A DNA stretch of 52,763 nucleotides from Fidelibacterota bacterium (GTDB lineage: Bacteria; Fidelibacterota; Marinisomatia; Marinisomatales; Marinisomataceae). A program made the translations under genes and the position numbers. A model generated the notes under the pieces. That model was not told where the DNA came from. It saw only the letters and a program-made list of their open reading frames with translations, and did not search any database. The first letter of the stretch is position 1. Each line of letters begins with the position of its first letter. Below are positions 31,191 to 40,408 of the stretch, one piece after another. The stretch lies in contig JABHGE010000031.1 of assembly GCA_018672235.1 (NCBI GenBank), positions 1 through 52,763 on the forward strand, in the 5' to 3' direction.

Positions 31191-32149
31191 TTTATTTCTT
31201 TTATAACTAAAATTTCTAAATTGTTTGGAGATAAATCTTTCCATTCCATGATACTATCAGGAATTTTTACTTTTGGTGAATAAAATTGTTTTTCTGGAGT
31301 CCAAGATTTTTCAAAATCAATAAAGACCTCTATATCTGTAGATATAATACTAGCAATTTGATTGAGTCCTCCAACGATAGTGAGTGAAACTGTAGCAGGA
31401 TTAACAAAAACATTTATATCGTTGGGTTTATTAATCAATTTTACAGGAATTCCTGTTACAATTGTTTCGCTAATAGGCTGAACGTCAATAAATCCTTGGA
31501 CTTTTTTTGGATCAAAATCAACCAACTTATCTGGATTTAGAATCAATAGCTCAGTGTCTACCGATGCCATTAGATTTGATACAGTATTTTTTCCAGTTAC
31601 AACAAATGCAATATTATCTACAATTTCTTGAGGTCCACCGATACTAATAGAGTCTGGTGAGAAACTTATGTCTCCGACTTGTATATATCCTGGCTCTGTT
31701 GAAATAGATACTTGTGATTTAATTGGTACTTTTTTTACTAAATATTTATCTAAGTTAATTTTAATATTTCTAGGAGATATTACTTCAACAAATTCTAAAT
31801 CTAAAGAAGACGGTAAAACTATTTTCTCTGGATTATTTTTATAGTATTGATCGAGTTCAAAATTATACTCATCTGCAATACTGCTTAAGTCTAAAACAGC
31901 TTTATAATCTTCGTAGAAGCTATCAAAAAATCTAAGCCATATAAATGCCCTACCTGAACCTTTTAAGGTCACAACAATACTTTCAGGAACTTCTTCTTTA
32001 TATGTTTTTTGTTCCTGTAGATTACGTGCAACTAAAGGAATATTTGTTGTAACAGAATAAGTATCTTCACTTTTAATAAAAAACCAAAAAATAAATGCAA
32101 TGACAAAAGAGTATAAAAGTCTTTTGATCTGATTGGTATTAGTCAACAT
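31187..32149 (-). CDS. YbbR/CdaR-like membrane-anchored protein
   Basis: N-terminal TM followed by repeated P.SV.V.G-like beta modules (PESIVVTLKG, PDSISIGGP, PATVSLTIVG). Start uncertain (32149 or 32161). Confidence 0.7.
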   Translation of the reverse strand: MLTNTNQIKRLLYSFVIAFIFWFFIKSEDTYSVTTNIPLVARNLQEQKTYKEEVPESIVVTLKGSGRAFIWLRFFDSFYEDYKAVLDLSSIADEYNFELDQYYKNNPEKIVLPSSLDLEFVEVISPRNIKINLDKYLVKKVPIKSQVSISTEPGYIQVGDISFSPDSISIGGPQEIVDNIAFVVTGKNTVSNLMASVDTELLILNPDKLVDFDPKKVQGFIDVQPISETIVTGIPVKLINKPNDINVFVNPATVSLTIVGGLNQIASIISTDIEVFIDFEKSWTPEKQFYSPKVKIPDSIMEWKDLSPNNLEILVIKEIN

Positions 32150-33920
32150 TAGGTTGATCAAGCATTAAGGTGACATTCTTACCTTGCTCGTTAACCTCAA
32201 CAACTACTACATCGATAGTGGCACCTGGTTCAATAGAAGGTAAATAATCTTTCTTTAGTTCTTTTGAAATTTGATCTGAAGGAACAAGACCTGTAATATC
32301 GTCGCTCATATCTACTGTAACACCTGAATCGTTTATAGATACAACAGATGCCTTAAGCTTATCGCCTGCAGAATATTTTGCAACTATATCAGACCATGGA
32401 TTTTCAGTAAGATCTTTCATGCTTACTAAAATTTTTCTATCCTTATCTGAGATATCTACAATAACAAATTTAACTATATCGCCTTCACTGACAAACTCTT
32501 TAGGATGTAAGGGATTTTTTGTCCAGTGAAAATCTGTATTTCTTATGAAGCCTTCGATATCTTCTCCTAGATCTACATATGCTCCAAATTTTGTGACTTT
32601 ATTTACTGCCCCTTCTTTTTTGTCGCCAATGCTTACCTGCGCAGATATGTTACTCCATGGATCTTCAGTTAATTGCTTGATACCTAAGCTAATTTTCTGT
32701 TCATTAGCATCGATAAATAAAATTTTTGATTCTATAGAATCGCCAACCTTATATTTATCTTGAAGATTTTGAATATTTTTTGTCCAGGATATTTCAGATA
32801 TATGAATTAACCCTTCAATACCTTTTTCTAGCTCAATAAATATACCATAATTCATAATACTAACAACTTTACCTACATTAGTATCTCCTATGCTATATTT
32901 ATCTGGTATTGTCTTCCAAGGATTGTCTACTAACTGCTTAAGACCTAAAGATATTCTAGATGTCTCTTTATTGTAGTCAATAATTTGAACAGTTATTTCA
33001 TCTCCTATGGATACAATTTCTGAAGGATGATTGATTCTTCCCCAAGAAAAGTCAGTAATGTGTATTAATCCATCAACACCACCTAAATCAACGAATGCTC
33101 CAAAGTCAGTTATATTTTTTACTAAGCCTTGAAGCTGTGCACCCACTTCAATTTTTGTCATTAGTTCTTGACGTTTTTCATTGAGCGACTCTTCTAATAT
33201 TGCTTTTCTAGACACAACAAGATTTTTTCTCATTTCATCTACTTTGACAATTTGGAAATCTAATTCCTTACCAATTAAATCATCAAAGTTCTTAATAGGC
33301 TGAACGTCAGCTTGAGACCCTGGTAAGAAAGCTTGTATCACACCTAGGTCTACTACAAGACCTCCTTTAACGCGCTTAATAATCTTTCCTTGTACAGGCT
33401 CTTTAGTTTCTTCAAATGTTCTTAACTCATCCCATCTCTTAATAAAATCTGCTTTATATTTTGATAGGGTGATATTGCCATCTGTATCTTCAAACTTTTC
33501 AAGAAATATATCAATGTCAGAACCAATCTCAGGTAAATCTTTATTATTAAATTCAGATCTACTAATTAAGCCTTCTGACTTGAAACCAATATCTACCATA
33601 ACATCGTTATCGCTAATACCAATTACTTTGGCTGATATAATCTGATTTTCTGATATATCATTAAATGTACCTTCATATTCTTCTAGAACGTCATCAGCTA
33701 ATTTTTCAATTTCAGCCTGATCTTCTTTTCCGGAAATAACTTTAATTCCTGAAAATAAATCTTTACTTAAATAATCTTTAATTGTTTTTTTAGAAGATAC
33801 TACTGCTTCTACTGGTTGATTTTCTGATACTTTTTCATCAGTTTTTTTCTCTACCACTGCTTCTAATACTGCTTCTTCTACTACTTCGTTGTTGACATCT
33901 TGTTTAGCTTGATCGTTCAT
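32139..33920 (-). CDS. rpsA: 30S ribosomal protein S1
   Basis: Repeated S1 domains (VDIGFKSEG, AFLPGSQ, DFGAFVDLGGVDGLIH, IEGLIHISE). Confidence 0.96.
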   Translation of the reverse strand: MNDQAKQDVNNEVVEEAVLEAVVEKKTDEKVSENQPVEAVVSSKKTIKDYLSKDLFSGIKVISGKEDQAEIEKLADDVLEEYEGTFNDISENQIISAKVIGISDNDVMVDIGFKSEGLISRSEFNNKDLPEIGSDIDIFLEKFEDTDGNITLSKYKADFIKRWDELRTFEETKEPVQGKIIKRVKGGLVVDLGVIQAFLPGSQADVQPIKNFDDLIGKELDFQIVKVDEMRKNLVVSRKAILEESLNEKRQELMTKIEVGAQLQGLVKNITDFGAFVDLGGVDGLIHITDFSWGRINHPSEIVSIGDEITVQIIDYNKETSRISLGLKQLVDNPWKTIPDKYSIGDTNVGKVVSIMNYGIFIELEKGIEGLIHISEISWTKNIQNLQDKYKVGDSIESKILFIDANEQKISLGIKQLTEDPWSNISAQVSIGDKKEGAVNKVTKFGAYVDLGEDIEGFIRNTDFHWTKNPLHPKEFVSEGDIVKFVIVDISDKDRKILVSMKDLTENPWSDIVAKYSAGDKLKASVVSINDSGVTVDMSDDITGLVPSDQISKELKKDYLPSIEPGATIDVVVVEVNEQGKNVTLMLDQPNVD

Positions 33921-33925
33921 ATTGT

Positions 33926-34585
33926 TTAGTTTCTTTCAATGTGTTTATAGATTTGATTTACTTGATCGTCAATAGTGCAGTTTGATGTATCAATTACAAT
34001 TGCATCCTTTGCTTGTTTCAATGGAGAAAGTTTACGACTACTGTCGTACTGATCTCTATCTTTCAAATCTTGTTTTATTTTGTTAACGTTTATTTCCTCA
34101 TTTAATATCTTAAAATCTTTAAATCTTCTCTTTGCCCTAGTATCATAGTCAGCAACCAAGAAGAATTTATACTTTGTATCTGGAAAAACTACTGTTCCAA
34201 TATCTCTTCCTTCAACAATAAAGTTACCATTTTTTGTGGTATCTTTCTGTATTTTTACCATTTTTTCTCTTACAGATTTTAATGCACTGACCTTACTTAC
34301 TGCATCTGTAACTGCTTTGCTACGAATTAATAAGCTGATATCTTTTCCATCTAACAATATTGTAATACTATCATTTGATGTAAAATCTAGTTCCAAATTT
34401 AAAATATCTAGCATTTTTCTAACCTGATTTTCAGAGGTGATATCAGTAGCATGTTGTATAAAAAAATATGTAGCAGCTCTATACATAGCGCCAGTATCTA
34501 AATATTGATACCCTAGCTTACTTGCTAGTTTCTTTGCGGTGATAGTTTTACCTACACCTGCTGGTCCATCAATTGTTATTATCAT
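33926..34585 (-). CDS. cmk: Cytidylate kinase
   Basis: ITIDGPAGVGKT, LDTGAMYR, EGRDIGTVVFP. Start ATG 34585. Confidence 0.95.
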   Translation of the reverse strand: MIITIDGPAGVGKTITAKKLASKLGYQYLDTGAMYRAATYFFIQHATDITSENQVRKMLDILNLELDFTSNDSITILLDGKDISLLIRSKAVTDAVSKVSALKSVREKMVKIQKDTTKNGNFIVEGRDIGTVVFPDTKYKFFLVADYDTRAKRRFKDFKILNEEINVNKIKQDLKDRDQYDSSRKLSPLKQAKDAIVIDTSNCTIDDQVNQIYKHIERN

Positions 34586-34640
34586 AAAAATGCTCAGAAA
34601 GTTAGTTTTTCTTTCAATAAATGCCAAGATGTTTAAAATC

Positions 34641-35369
34641 TTATGCTTTTCTTCTTATTTTATCTAAATACTGATTTTCTTTCTTTGTTAACTCTCTTGA
34701 CTGTCCTTCTTTTAATTGATCTAATGTAATATTACCAAATTTTATTCTTTTTAAAGCAATCAAATTAAGACCTGAAAATTTAAATATTCTTCTTATTTCA
34801 TTCTTTTTTCCTTGTCTTAGAATCATATTCACATGAACTATATTTTTATTTTTTTCTTGTGATATAATTTTGGCTTTCCCTTTTTCGCCAGAGCCAATAA
34901 AGATTCCTTTCTCAATTTTTTTAATAATCTTATCACTAATTATCTCATTTGTATGTGCAACATATTCCTTTTTTATTTTATTTTTAGGGTGAGTTAAGAA
35001 TTGAGATAAATCTCCATCATTTGTTAATAATATTAAACCTGTGGTATCCTTATCTAGCCTTCCTACGTGATTTAAAAAAGGTTTTCTAGGAATAAGATTG
35101 AAAATTGTTTTTCTTCCTAGCTCATCACTTCTAGAAGAAATAAATCCTTTAGGCTTGTATAAAACTAATGTTGTGGTTTTAGTATTTGAAATAATTTTTT
35201 GATCATCTAGCCTTACAACGTCTTTGATAGGATCAATTTCAGTAAAAGGGTCCATAATTACGGTATTGTTCACCGTAACCATTGCTAACTGGATAGATTC
35301 CTGCGCTTTTCTTCTGGATACAATCCCAGATGATGAAATAAATTTAAATAACTTCACTAGTGATTCCAT
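34641..35369 (-). CDS. rluB: RsuA/RluB family pseudouridine synthase
   Basis: S4 domain, KPKG, VGRLDKDTTGLILLTNDG; follows scpB. Confidence 0.85.
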   Translation of the reverse strand: MESLVKLFKFISSSGIVSRRKAQESIQLAMVTVNNTVIMDPFTEIDPIKDVVRLDDQKIISNTKTTTLVLYKPKGFISSRSDELGRKTIFNLIPRKPFLNHVGRLDKDTTGLILLTNDGDLSQFLTHPKNKIKKEYVAHTNEIISDKIIKKIEKGIFIGSGEKGKAKIISQEKNKNIVHVNMILRQGKKNEIRRIFKFSGLNLIALKRIKFGNITLDQLKEGQSRELTKKENQYLDKIRRKA

Positions 35370-35892
35370 TATCTTCAGAATCTATAATCTCAGAAATCTC
35401 ACTACTTGTTGGCATTTCTGACAAACTTGCTAATCCAAAATGTTTAAGGTATTCATCGGTAGTATGATAAAGCAATGCCTTGCCCAGTGAATCATCTCTA
35501 CCTCCTATCTTTATCAGTTTTTTATTTAATAAGTTTTTTAGCACTCCCTTGCAATCTACGCCTCTGATCGATTCAATATCTATTCTTGATATAGGTTGCT
35601 TGTATGCAACAATTGCCAACACTTCTAAGCTCGCATTAGACAGCATAAGCTTTTTAGTTGGAATGTACTTTGATATAAAGGGTTCAAATTGTTTTTTACT
35701 AACCAGCATATAGCCTTCCCCTATGGCTTTCACTTCAAAGGCGTGATCAGAGTATTTGATATTGAGTTCACTAACTATTTCATCTAATGATGGGATATCG
35801 CTATCATCAAATATATTAGTCAAGTCAGATTGCATAAGTGGTTCAGAAGCAACAAACAATAAAGATTCTATGATTAGCAATTGTTCGTTCAT
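35344..35892 (-). CDS. scpB: SMC-Scp complex subunit ScpB
   Basis: ESLLFVASEP, LEVLAIVAYKQPISR..IRGV, FGL. Confidence 0.93.
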   Translation of the reverse strand: MNEQLLIIESLLFVASEPLMQSDLTNIFDDSDIPSLDEIVSELNIKYSDHAFEVKAIGEGYMLVSKKQFEPFISKYIPTKKLMLSNASLEVLAIVAYKQPISRIDIESIRGVDCKGVLKNLLNKKLIKIGGRDDSLGKALLYHTTDEYLKHFGLASLSEMPTSSEISEIIDSEDNGITSEVI

Positions 35893-36611
35893 GCTTTAAC
35901 AATATTTAATGTTATATCAATATCTTCAAAAGTATTTTTTTGCTTACAAATCAACTCTGACTCCTTAATCATATTTAATAGAGCCAAGAATGTAACAATA
36001 ATTTCTAATTTACTATCTAATTTCTTGATCAGACTACTAAGAGAAATAGTCTTTTTATCTTTAAAATTAGAAATAATAAATTGTTTTTGCTCCTGCAGAG
36101 ATATAGTCTCTCTTGCTATTGTAAATGAATTATCTTGCGGTGCATTATCTATAGCAGATTGAAAGATTTTGGATATATCAAACAGGCTTACTTCATTCAA
36201 AAAATCTGAAGGGTTAATTGTTTTTTTAAACGAAATTTTATCATTTGGACGATAAAATAAATCTTTATTCTGTTCGTGTATACCCTTTAGTTGATGTGCA
36301 ATATTTCTAAAATTTTTATACTGCAATAATTGTCCAACTAAATTAATTCTTGGATCATCAATATCTAATCCTTCTTCGTCTTTCTGTCTAGGTAAAAGCA
36401 TTCTTGTTTTTAATCTTAATAACAACGATGCCATAAAAAGAAATTCGCCGGCTACTGAAACATCTAGTTTTTTAGCAGTATTAATTACATCGATATATTC
36501 TGATGTAATTTGAGAAATTGGAATATCGTAAATATCTATTTTATCTCTTTTAATAAAATATAAAAGTAAATCTAATGGTCCTTCAAAATTTTCTAATTTT
36601 ACATTAAACAC
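35889..36611 (-). CDS. scpA: Segregation/condensation protein ScpA
   Basis: FEGPLDLLL, DIYDIPI, C-terminal TFLALL. Confidence 0.93.
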   Translation of the reverse strand: MFNVKLENFEGPLDLLLYFIKRDKIDIYDIPISQITSEYIDVINTAKKLDVSVAGEFLFMASLLLRLKTRMLLPRQKDEEGLDIDDPRINLVGQLLQYKNFRNIAHQLKGIHEQNKDLFYRPNDKISFKKTINPSDFLNEVSLFDISKIFQSAIDNAPQDNSFTIARETISLQEQKQFIISNFKDKKTISLSSLIKKLDSKLEIIVTFLALLNMIKESELICKQKNTFEDIDITLNIVKA

Positions 36612-36614
36612 TAG

Positions 36615-37583
36615 CTAGACCATTCCAATAGATTTTTTGACACTTGATAGAGTGTCAGACGCAATAACTTCGGCTTTCTTTTTTCCCACCTCCATTAAAT
36701 CAAAAATATTATCAGGATTATCTATATAATATTGCTTCAAGGTTCTTTGTTTCGAAAAATAATCCATGATATGTTGATACAATTCATTCTTTACGCTCAT
36801 ATATTTTAAGCCTGGTGTAGCATATCGATCTTTAAGTTCATTTTTTTCATCATCATTTAAAAATAACGCATACATATTGAAAAGAGGTGTATTTATATCT
36901 TTTGGCTCATTTAATCCAGCAGAATCGGTTACAATATTCATTATTTGATTTTTCATATAATCTTCACTACCAAAAATCGGAATAGTATTATTGTAGGATT
37001 TACTCATCTTCCTACCATCAATACCTCCAATTATCTCACTACTTTCATCGATATCAATCTCTGGAATAGTAAAAACTGGCCCATGGGCATTATTAAATTT
37101 TATAGCAATATCTCTCGTCATTTCTAGATGCTGTTTTTGATCTTTACCTACAGGCACAATATCAGATTGAAATGCTAAAATATCTGACGCCATTAAAATA
37201 GGGTAAGAGAATAAGCCCATATTAGGACTTAAACCATTTGCAACTTTATCCTTATAGGATGTTGATCGCTGCATCAAGCCAACACTTGTAAAGTTAGATA
37301 GTATCCATGTTAATTCTGTCACTGCTGGTACATGAGACTGCACCCATACGGTAGATTTCTTAGAATCAAGTCCCAATGACAACAGATCAGAAAATGCATT
37401 AAAGGTATTTTTTTCTAATTCTTGTTTATTACTGATCGATGTCAATGAATGATAATTTGCAATAAAACAGAATAGATCAGAAGAATCTTGAAAATCAATC
37501 ATTCGTTCAATCATACCAAAATAGTTTCCGATATGTAATAACCCCGATGGTTGTGCTCCGCTTAATATTCTTTTTTTATTCAT
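36615..37583 (-). CDS. trpS: Tryptophan--tRNA ligase
   Basis: HIGN, YPILMASD, VPVGKDQKQH, KMSKS. Confidence 0.96.
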   Translation of the reverse strand: MNKKRILSGAQPSGLLHIGNYFGMIERMIDFQDSSDLFCFIANYHSLTSISNKQELEKNTFNAFSDLLSLGLDSKKSTVWVQSHVPAVTELTWILSNFTSVGLMQRSTSYKDKVANGLSPNMGLFSYPILMASDILAFQSDIVPVGKDQKQHLEMTRDIAIKFNNAHGPVFTIPEIDIDESSEIIGGIDGRKMSKSYNNTIPIFGSEDYMKNQIMNIVTDSAGLNEPKDINTPLFNMYALFLNDDEKNELKDRYATPGLKYMSVKNELYQHIMDYFSKQRTLKQYYIDNPDNIFDLMEVGKKKAEVIASDTLSSVKKSIGMV

Positions 37584-37584
37584 T

Positions 37585-38118
37585 TTAATTTTTATTTATA
37601 AATAAGTAATCTTCCCAGCCTAAATTTTTATCTTTTATAAACTGATTAAAGTACATGAATCTATTAGGTTTTTTTGGTTGTTTCATCAATTTCATATTTG
37701 CTTCTTTTGGAGTTCTACTTCCCTTCCTTGCATTACAAGGAGAGCATGCTACAATTAAATTTTCCCATGTATCAGACCCACCTTTGTACTTTGGAATAAT
37801 ATGATCTACAGTTAAATCTGATTTTAGTCCACAATACTGGCAACATGCATTATCTCTAAGCAATAAATTTTTTTTATTTAAAACTACGTCAAGACTGTTG
37901 TGAGATACGTAGGTTTTTAGCTTTACTACGCTAGGTACTTTTATTCGTGTCGAAGGAGAATATACATATTGATCATAATTTGTTAGTACGTCAATTTTAT
38001 TTAAAAAATATAAACATAAAGCGCGCTTAGAAGAACATACTGCAAGTGGTAAATAGCTAGCATTCAATACCAGAGTAACATTATTTTCGATATTTGAATT
38101 TGGGATATTGTATTTCAT
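37585..38118 (-). CDS. HNH endonuclease (McrA-like family)
   Basis: LVLNASYLP, RD..CQYCG, TVDHIIP..GG..WENL..C..CN..KG. Confidence 0.88.
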   Translation of the reverse strand: MKYNIPNSNIENNVTLVLNASYLPLAVCSSKRALCLYFLNKIDVLTNYDQYVYSPSTRIKVPSVVKLKTYVSHNSLDVVLNKKNLLLRDNACCQYCGLKSDLTVDHIIPKYKGGSDTWENLIVACSPCNARKGSRTPKEANMKLMKQPKKPNRFMYFNQFIKDKNLGWEDYLFINKN

Positions 38119-38167
38119 TTCTTATACAATTTATGAAAATAATCATTCATATTTTATAAAAATAACA

Positions 38168-38316
38168 TTAAGATGCTGCAGAGTAAATGTAGGGAATACT
38201 AGTGAAATTCTAGAACAGTCCCCGCTACTGTAATTACTGAGATTTAAGAATTACCATTCCATGAAAATTGGGAGAAGGTTTTAAATCGTTAATAGGTATA
38301 AGTCAGGAGACCTTAT
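38168..38316 (+). ncRNA. Cobalamin riboswitch
   Basis: AGGGAA (38191), ctag-TGAAATT-ctag T-loop hairpin, CAGT..CCGCTACTGTAA, and B12 box AAGTCAGGAGACCT (about 38300-38313), directly upstream of a TonB receptor. Ends approximate. Confidence 0.9.
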
Positions 38317-38356
38317 TTACTAAAACAATAAAAACTGAACTTCGGAGGAAAGTATA

Positions 38357-40408
38357 ATGAAATTTTATATTTTATTATCAACAATACTAATATCTAACCT
38401 TTTTTCACAAACCTTAACTGGTCTTGTTATTGATACCAATGGTCATCCCCTATCGTACGTAGTGGTAAGAGAGCTAAATAATGATGCGCAAAATGATAAT
38501 TGGACTACCACATCAGATGATGGTTCTTTTAGAATTGAAATTAGTGTTAGTTCAAAAATTAGATTTGAAAGAATCGGATTTGAAAGCAATACAGTATACT
38601 TAGATAACTATGATTCTCAAGTATTTACACTATTAAGCAAAAATGTAAATCTCAGAGAAGTGAATGTATATGGAAAAAGCAATTCAAGATATTTAAAAAA
38701 TAAAAGCTTAAATAATAATTTAGGTTCTTTTTCAAATAATGGCTCTTTATCTCAATTGCCTTCACTAGAAATAAGAACTTATGGCGGATATGCAGGCGTA
38801 ACCTCGGCTTCTTTTGACGGAGGATTTGCTCGTCATACCAAAGTATTGTTTAATGGCGTTGACTTAACTGATGCTCAAAATGGCCAAGTAGATTTATCTA
38901 TTTTTCCATCATTCGTACTAAGCTCATTAAACTATAGATTAAATTCAGGTACAACGCATGGATCTGGATCTATTGATGGGACTCTAGATATAAATACTAA
39001 AAATAGTCCAAATAGAGTTTTTTACAGTTCTGGTGACTATGGATTTAATCAATATGGTGCAACATATTCAATGGGTAGAGAAAACTCAAAAAGAATTATC
39101 ACAATAGGTAAAACTAGCTATGATGGAGACTATCAATATAAGGATTCTATCACGGGTCTGAATAGTAACAGAGAAAATAATTCTTTAGATCAATTTTTTC
39201 TTGCAATGAATAGAGAATTTCTTGTTAGAGAAGATTTAATTATTAATATCAACTCTTTAACAACAACAAATACTAGAGGAGCTGCAGGCAGTACCAACTT
39301 TCCATCTAAACTTGCAACAAGAACTGATGAATATGAACTATATGCGCTTTCATTTATGAAATTTTTTGTAGATAGTTCTCTAAAATTTTATATTAATCGC
39401 TCAACTAGCAATCAAGTATTTGATGATCCCGATGAATCTTACCCAATATTTAGTGAACATGATTTAGAGTTATCATCAATGGGAGTTGACTTCAAAAAAC
39501 AATTAAATACTATATTAAATTATAAACTATCAGCTCAACAAAAATCTGATAGAATTAGTAGCACTGACTTAAGTAATCAAGAGATTAGTTCTAGTTCTAT
39601 ATCATTTCTACTGAACTATCTTAATAATGATAAAGATTTTAAAATATCTCCATCAATGCGATATGATAAGCAATCTGAAAATGATAAATTATCCTATAAT
39701 GTTAGCTTCGAATCAATCGATCAGCTAATAAAAGGTGATCAATCTTATTTTGACTTTGGATTAGATATAGGTTCATCTTTTCAATTTCCAACTATGAATG
39801 ACTTATATTGGCCTGATGGATTATACAGTGTTGGAAATCTAGACTTGAAACCAGAGGAAAGTGATTATCTATCTTTTAATATGACGAGTAACTCTACTTT
39901 TGGAAAAGTTACTGTAACTGCAACCATGAAAGATTATGAAAATCTAATCTTATGGCAACCTGATGCATCATATAAATATCAACCAATTAATGTCTCTTCT
40001 GCATCACGAATAACATATAATATTAATTATCTTAAAGAATTTTCAAATAGTCAATTACAGGTATCATACAATATCTATGATAGTGAAGATGATGATTTAA
40101 AAAAGAAACTACTATATGTTCCAGAATATTCAGCAAATGTATTTTTAGCTCATAATTTGAATCAGGATATGAATATAGTATTTAATTATAAATATATAGG
40201 GAAACGTATTCTGCAGTATGGCTCTGATTTGAGCTCTCAAACCGATGGAGATGGTTATGGGATCTTAGACTTGAGCATATCTAAAGATTTCAATGATTTA
40301 AAAGCAAGCTTAGTGGTTGACAATATTCTTGATAAAGCATTTGAATCTACCCTAGGCTACCCTGAACCAGGGAGAAGCATTAAGATGGTAGTAGAATATA
40401 AAATTTAA
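38357..40408 (+). CDS. btuB: TonB-dependent receptor, probable cobalamin transporter
   Basis: Signal peptide, N-terminal extension, plug motif YGG..HTKVLFNGV..QNGQVDLS, GNLDLKPE, C-terminal NILD..YPEPGR; under a B12 riboswitch; GGAGG RBS. Confidence 0.8.
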   Translation: MKFYILLSTILISNLFSQTLTGLVIDTNGHPLSYVVVRELNNDAQNDNWTTTSDDGSFRIEISVSSKIRFERIGFESNTVYLDNYDSQVFTLLSKNVNLREVNVYGKSNSRYLKNKSLNNNLGSFSNNGSLSQLPSLEIRTYGGYAGVTSASFDGGFARHTKVLFNGVDLTDAQNGQVDLSIFPSFVLSSLNYRLNSGTTHGSGSIDGTLDINTKNSPNRVFYSSGDYGFNQYGATYSMGRENSKRIITIGKTSYDGDYQYKDSITGLNSNRENNSLDQFFLAMNREFLVREDLIININSLTTTNTRGAAGSTNFPSKLATRTDEYELYALSFMKFFVDSSLKFYINRSTSNQVFDDPDESYPIFSEHDLELSSMGVDFKKQLNTILNYKLSAQQKSDRISSTDLSNQEISSSSISFLLNYLNNDKDFKISPSMRYDKQSENDKLSYNVSFESIDQLIKGDQSYFDFGLDIGSSFQFPTMNDLYWPDGLYSVGNLDLKPEESDYLSFNMTSNSTFGKVTVTATMKDYENLILWQPDASYKYQPINVSSASRITYNINYLKEFSNSQLQVSYNIYDSEDDDLKKKLLYVPEYSANVFLAHNLNQDMNIVFNYKYIGKRILQYGSDLSSQTDGDGYGILDLSISKDFNDLKASLVVDNILDKAFESTLGYPEPGRSIKMVVEYKI

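Noticed and set aside
37585-38118. HNH gene as a homing endonuclease, intron or restriction system
   Set aside because: No interrupted host gene, methylase or flanking repeats.
38132-38150. Fur-box-like TATGAAAATAATCATTCAT in the HNH/btuB divergent region
   Set aside because: Only 12/19 matches to the E. coli consensus in very AT-rich DNA, which cannot be told from chance without comparative data.
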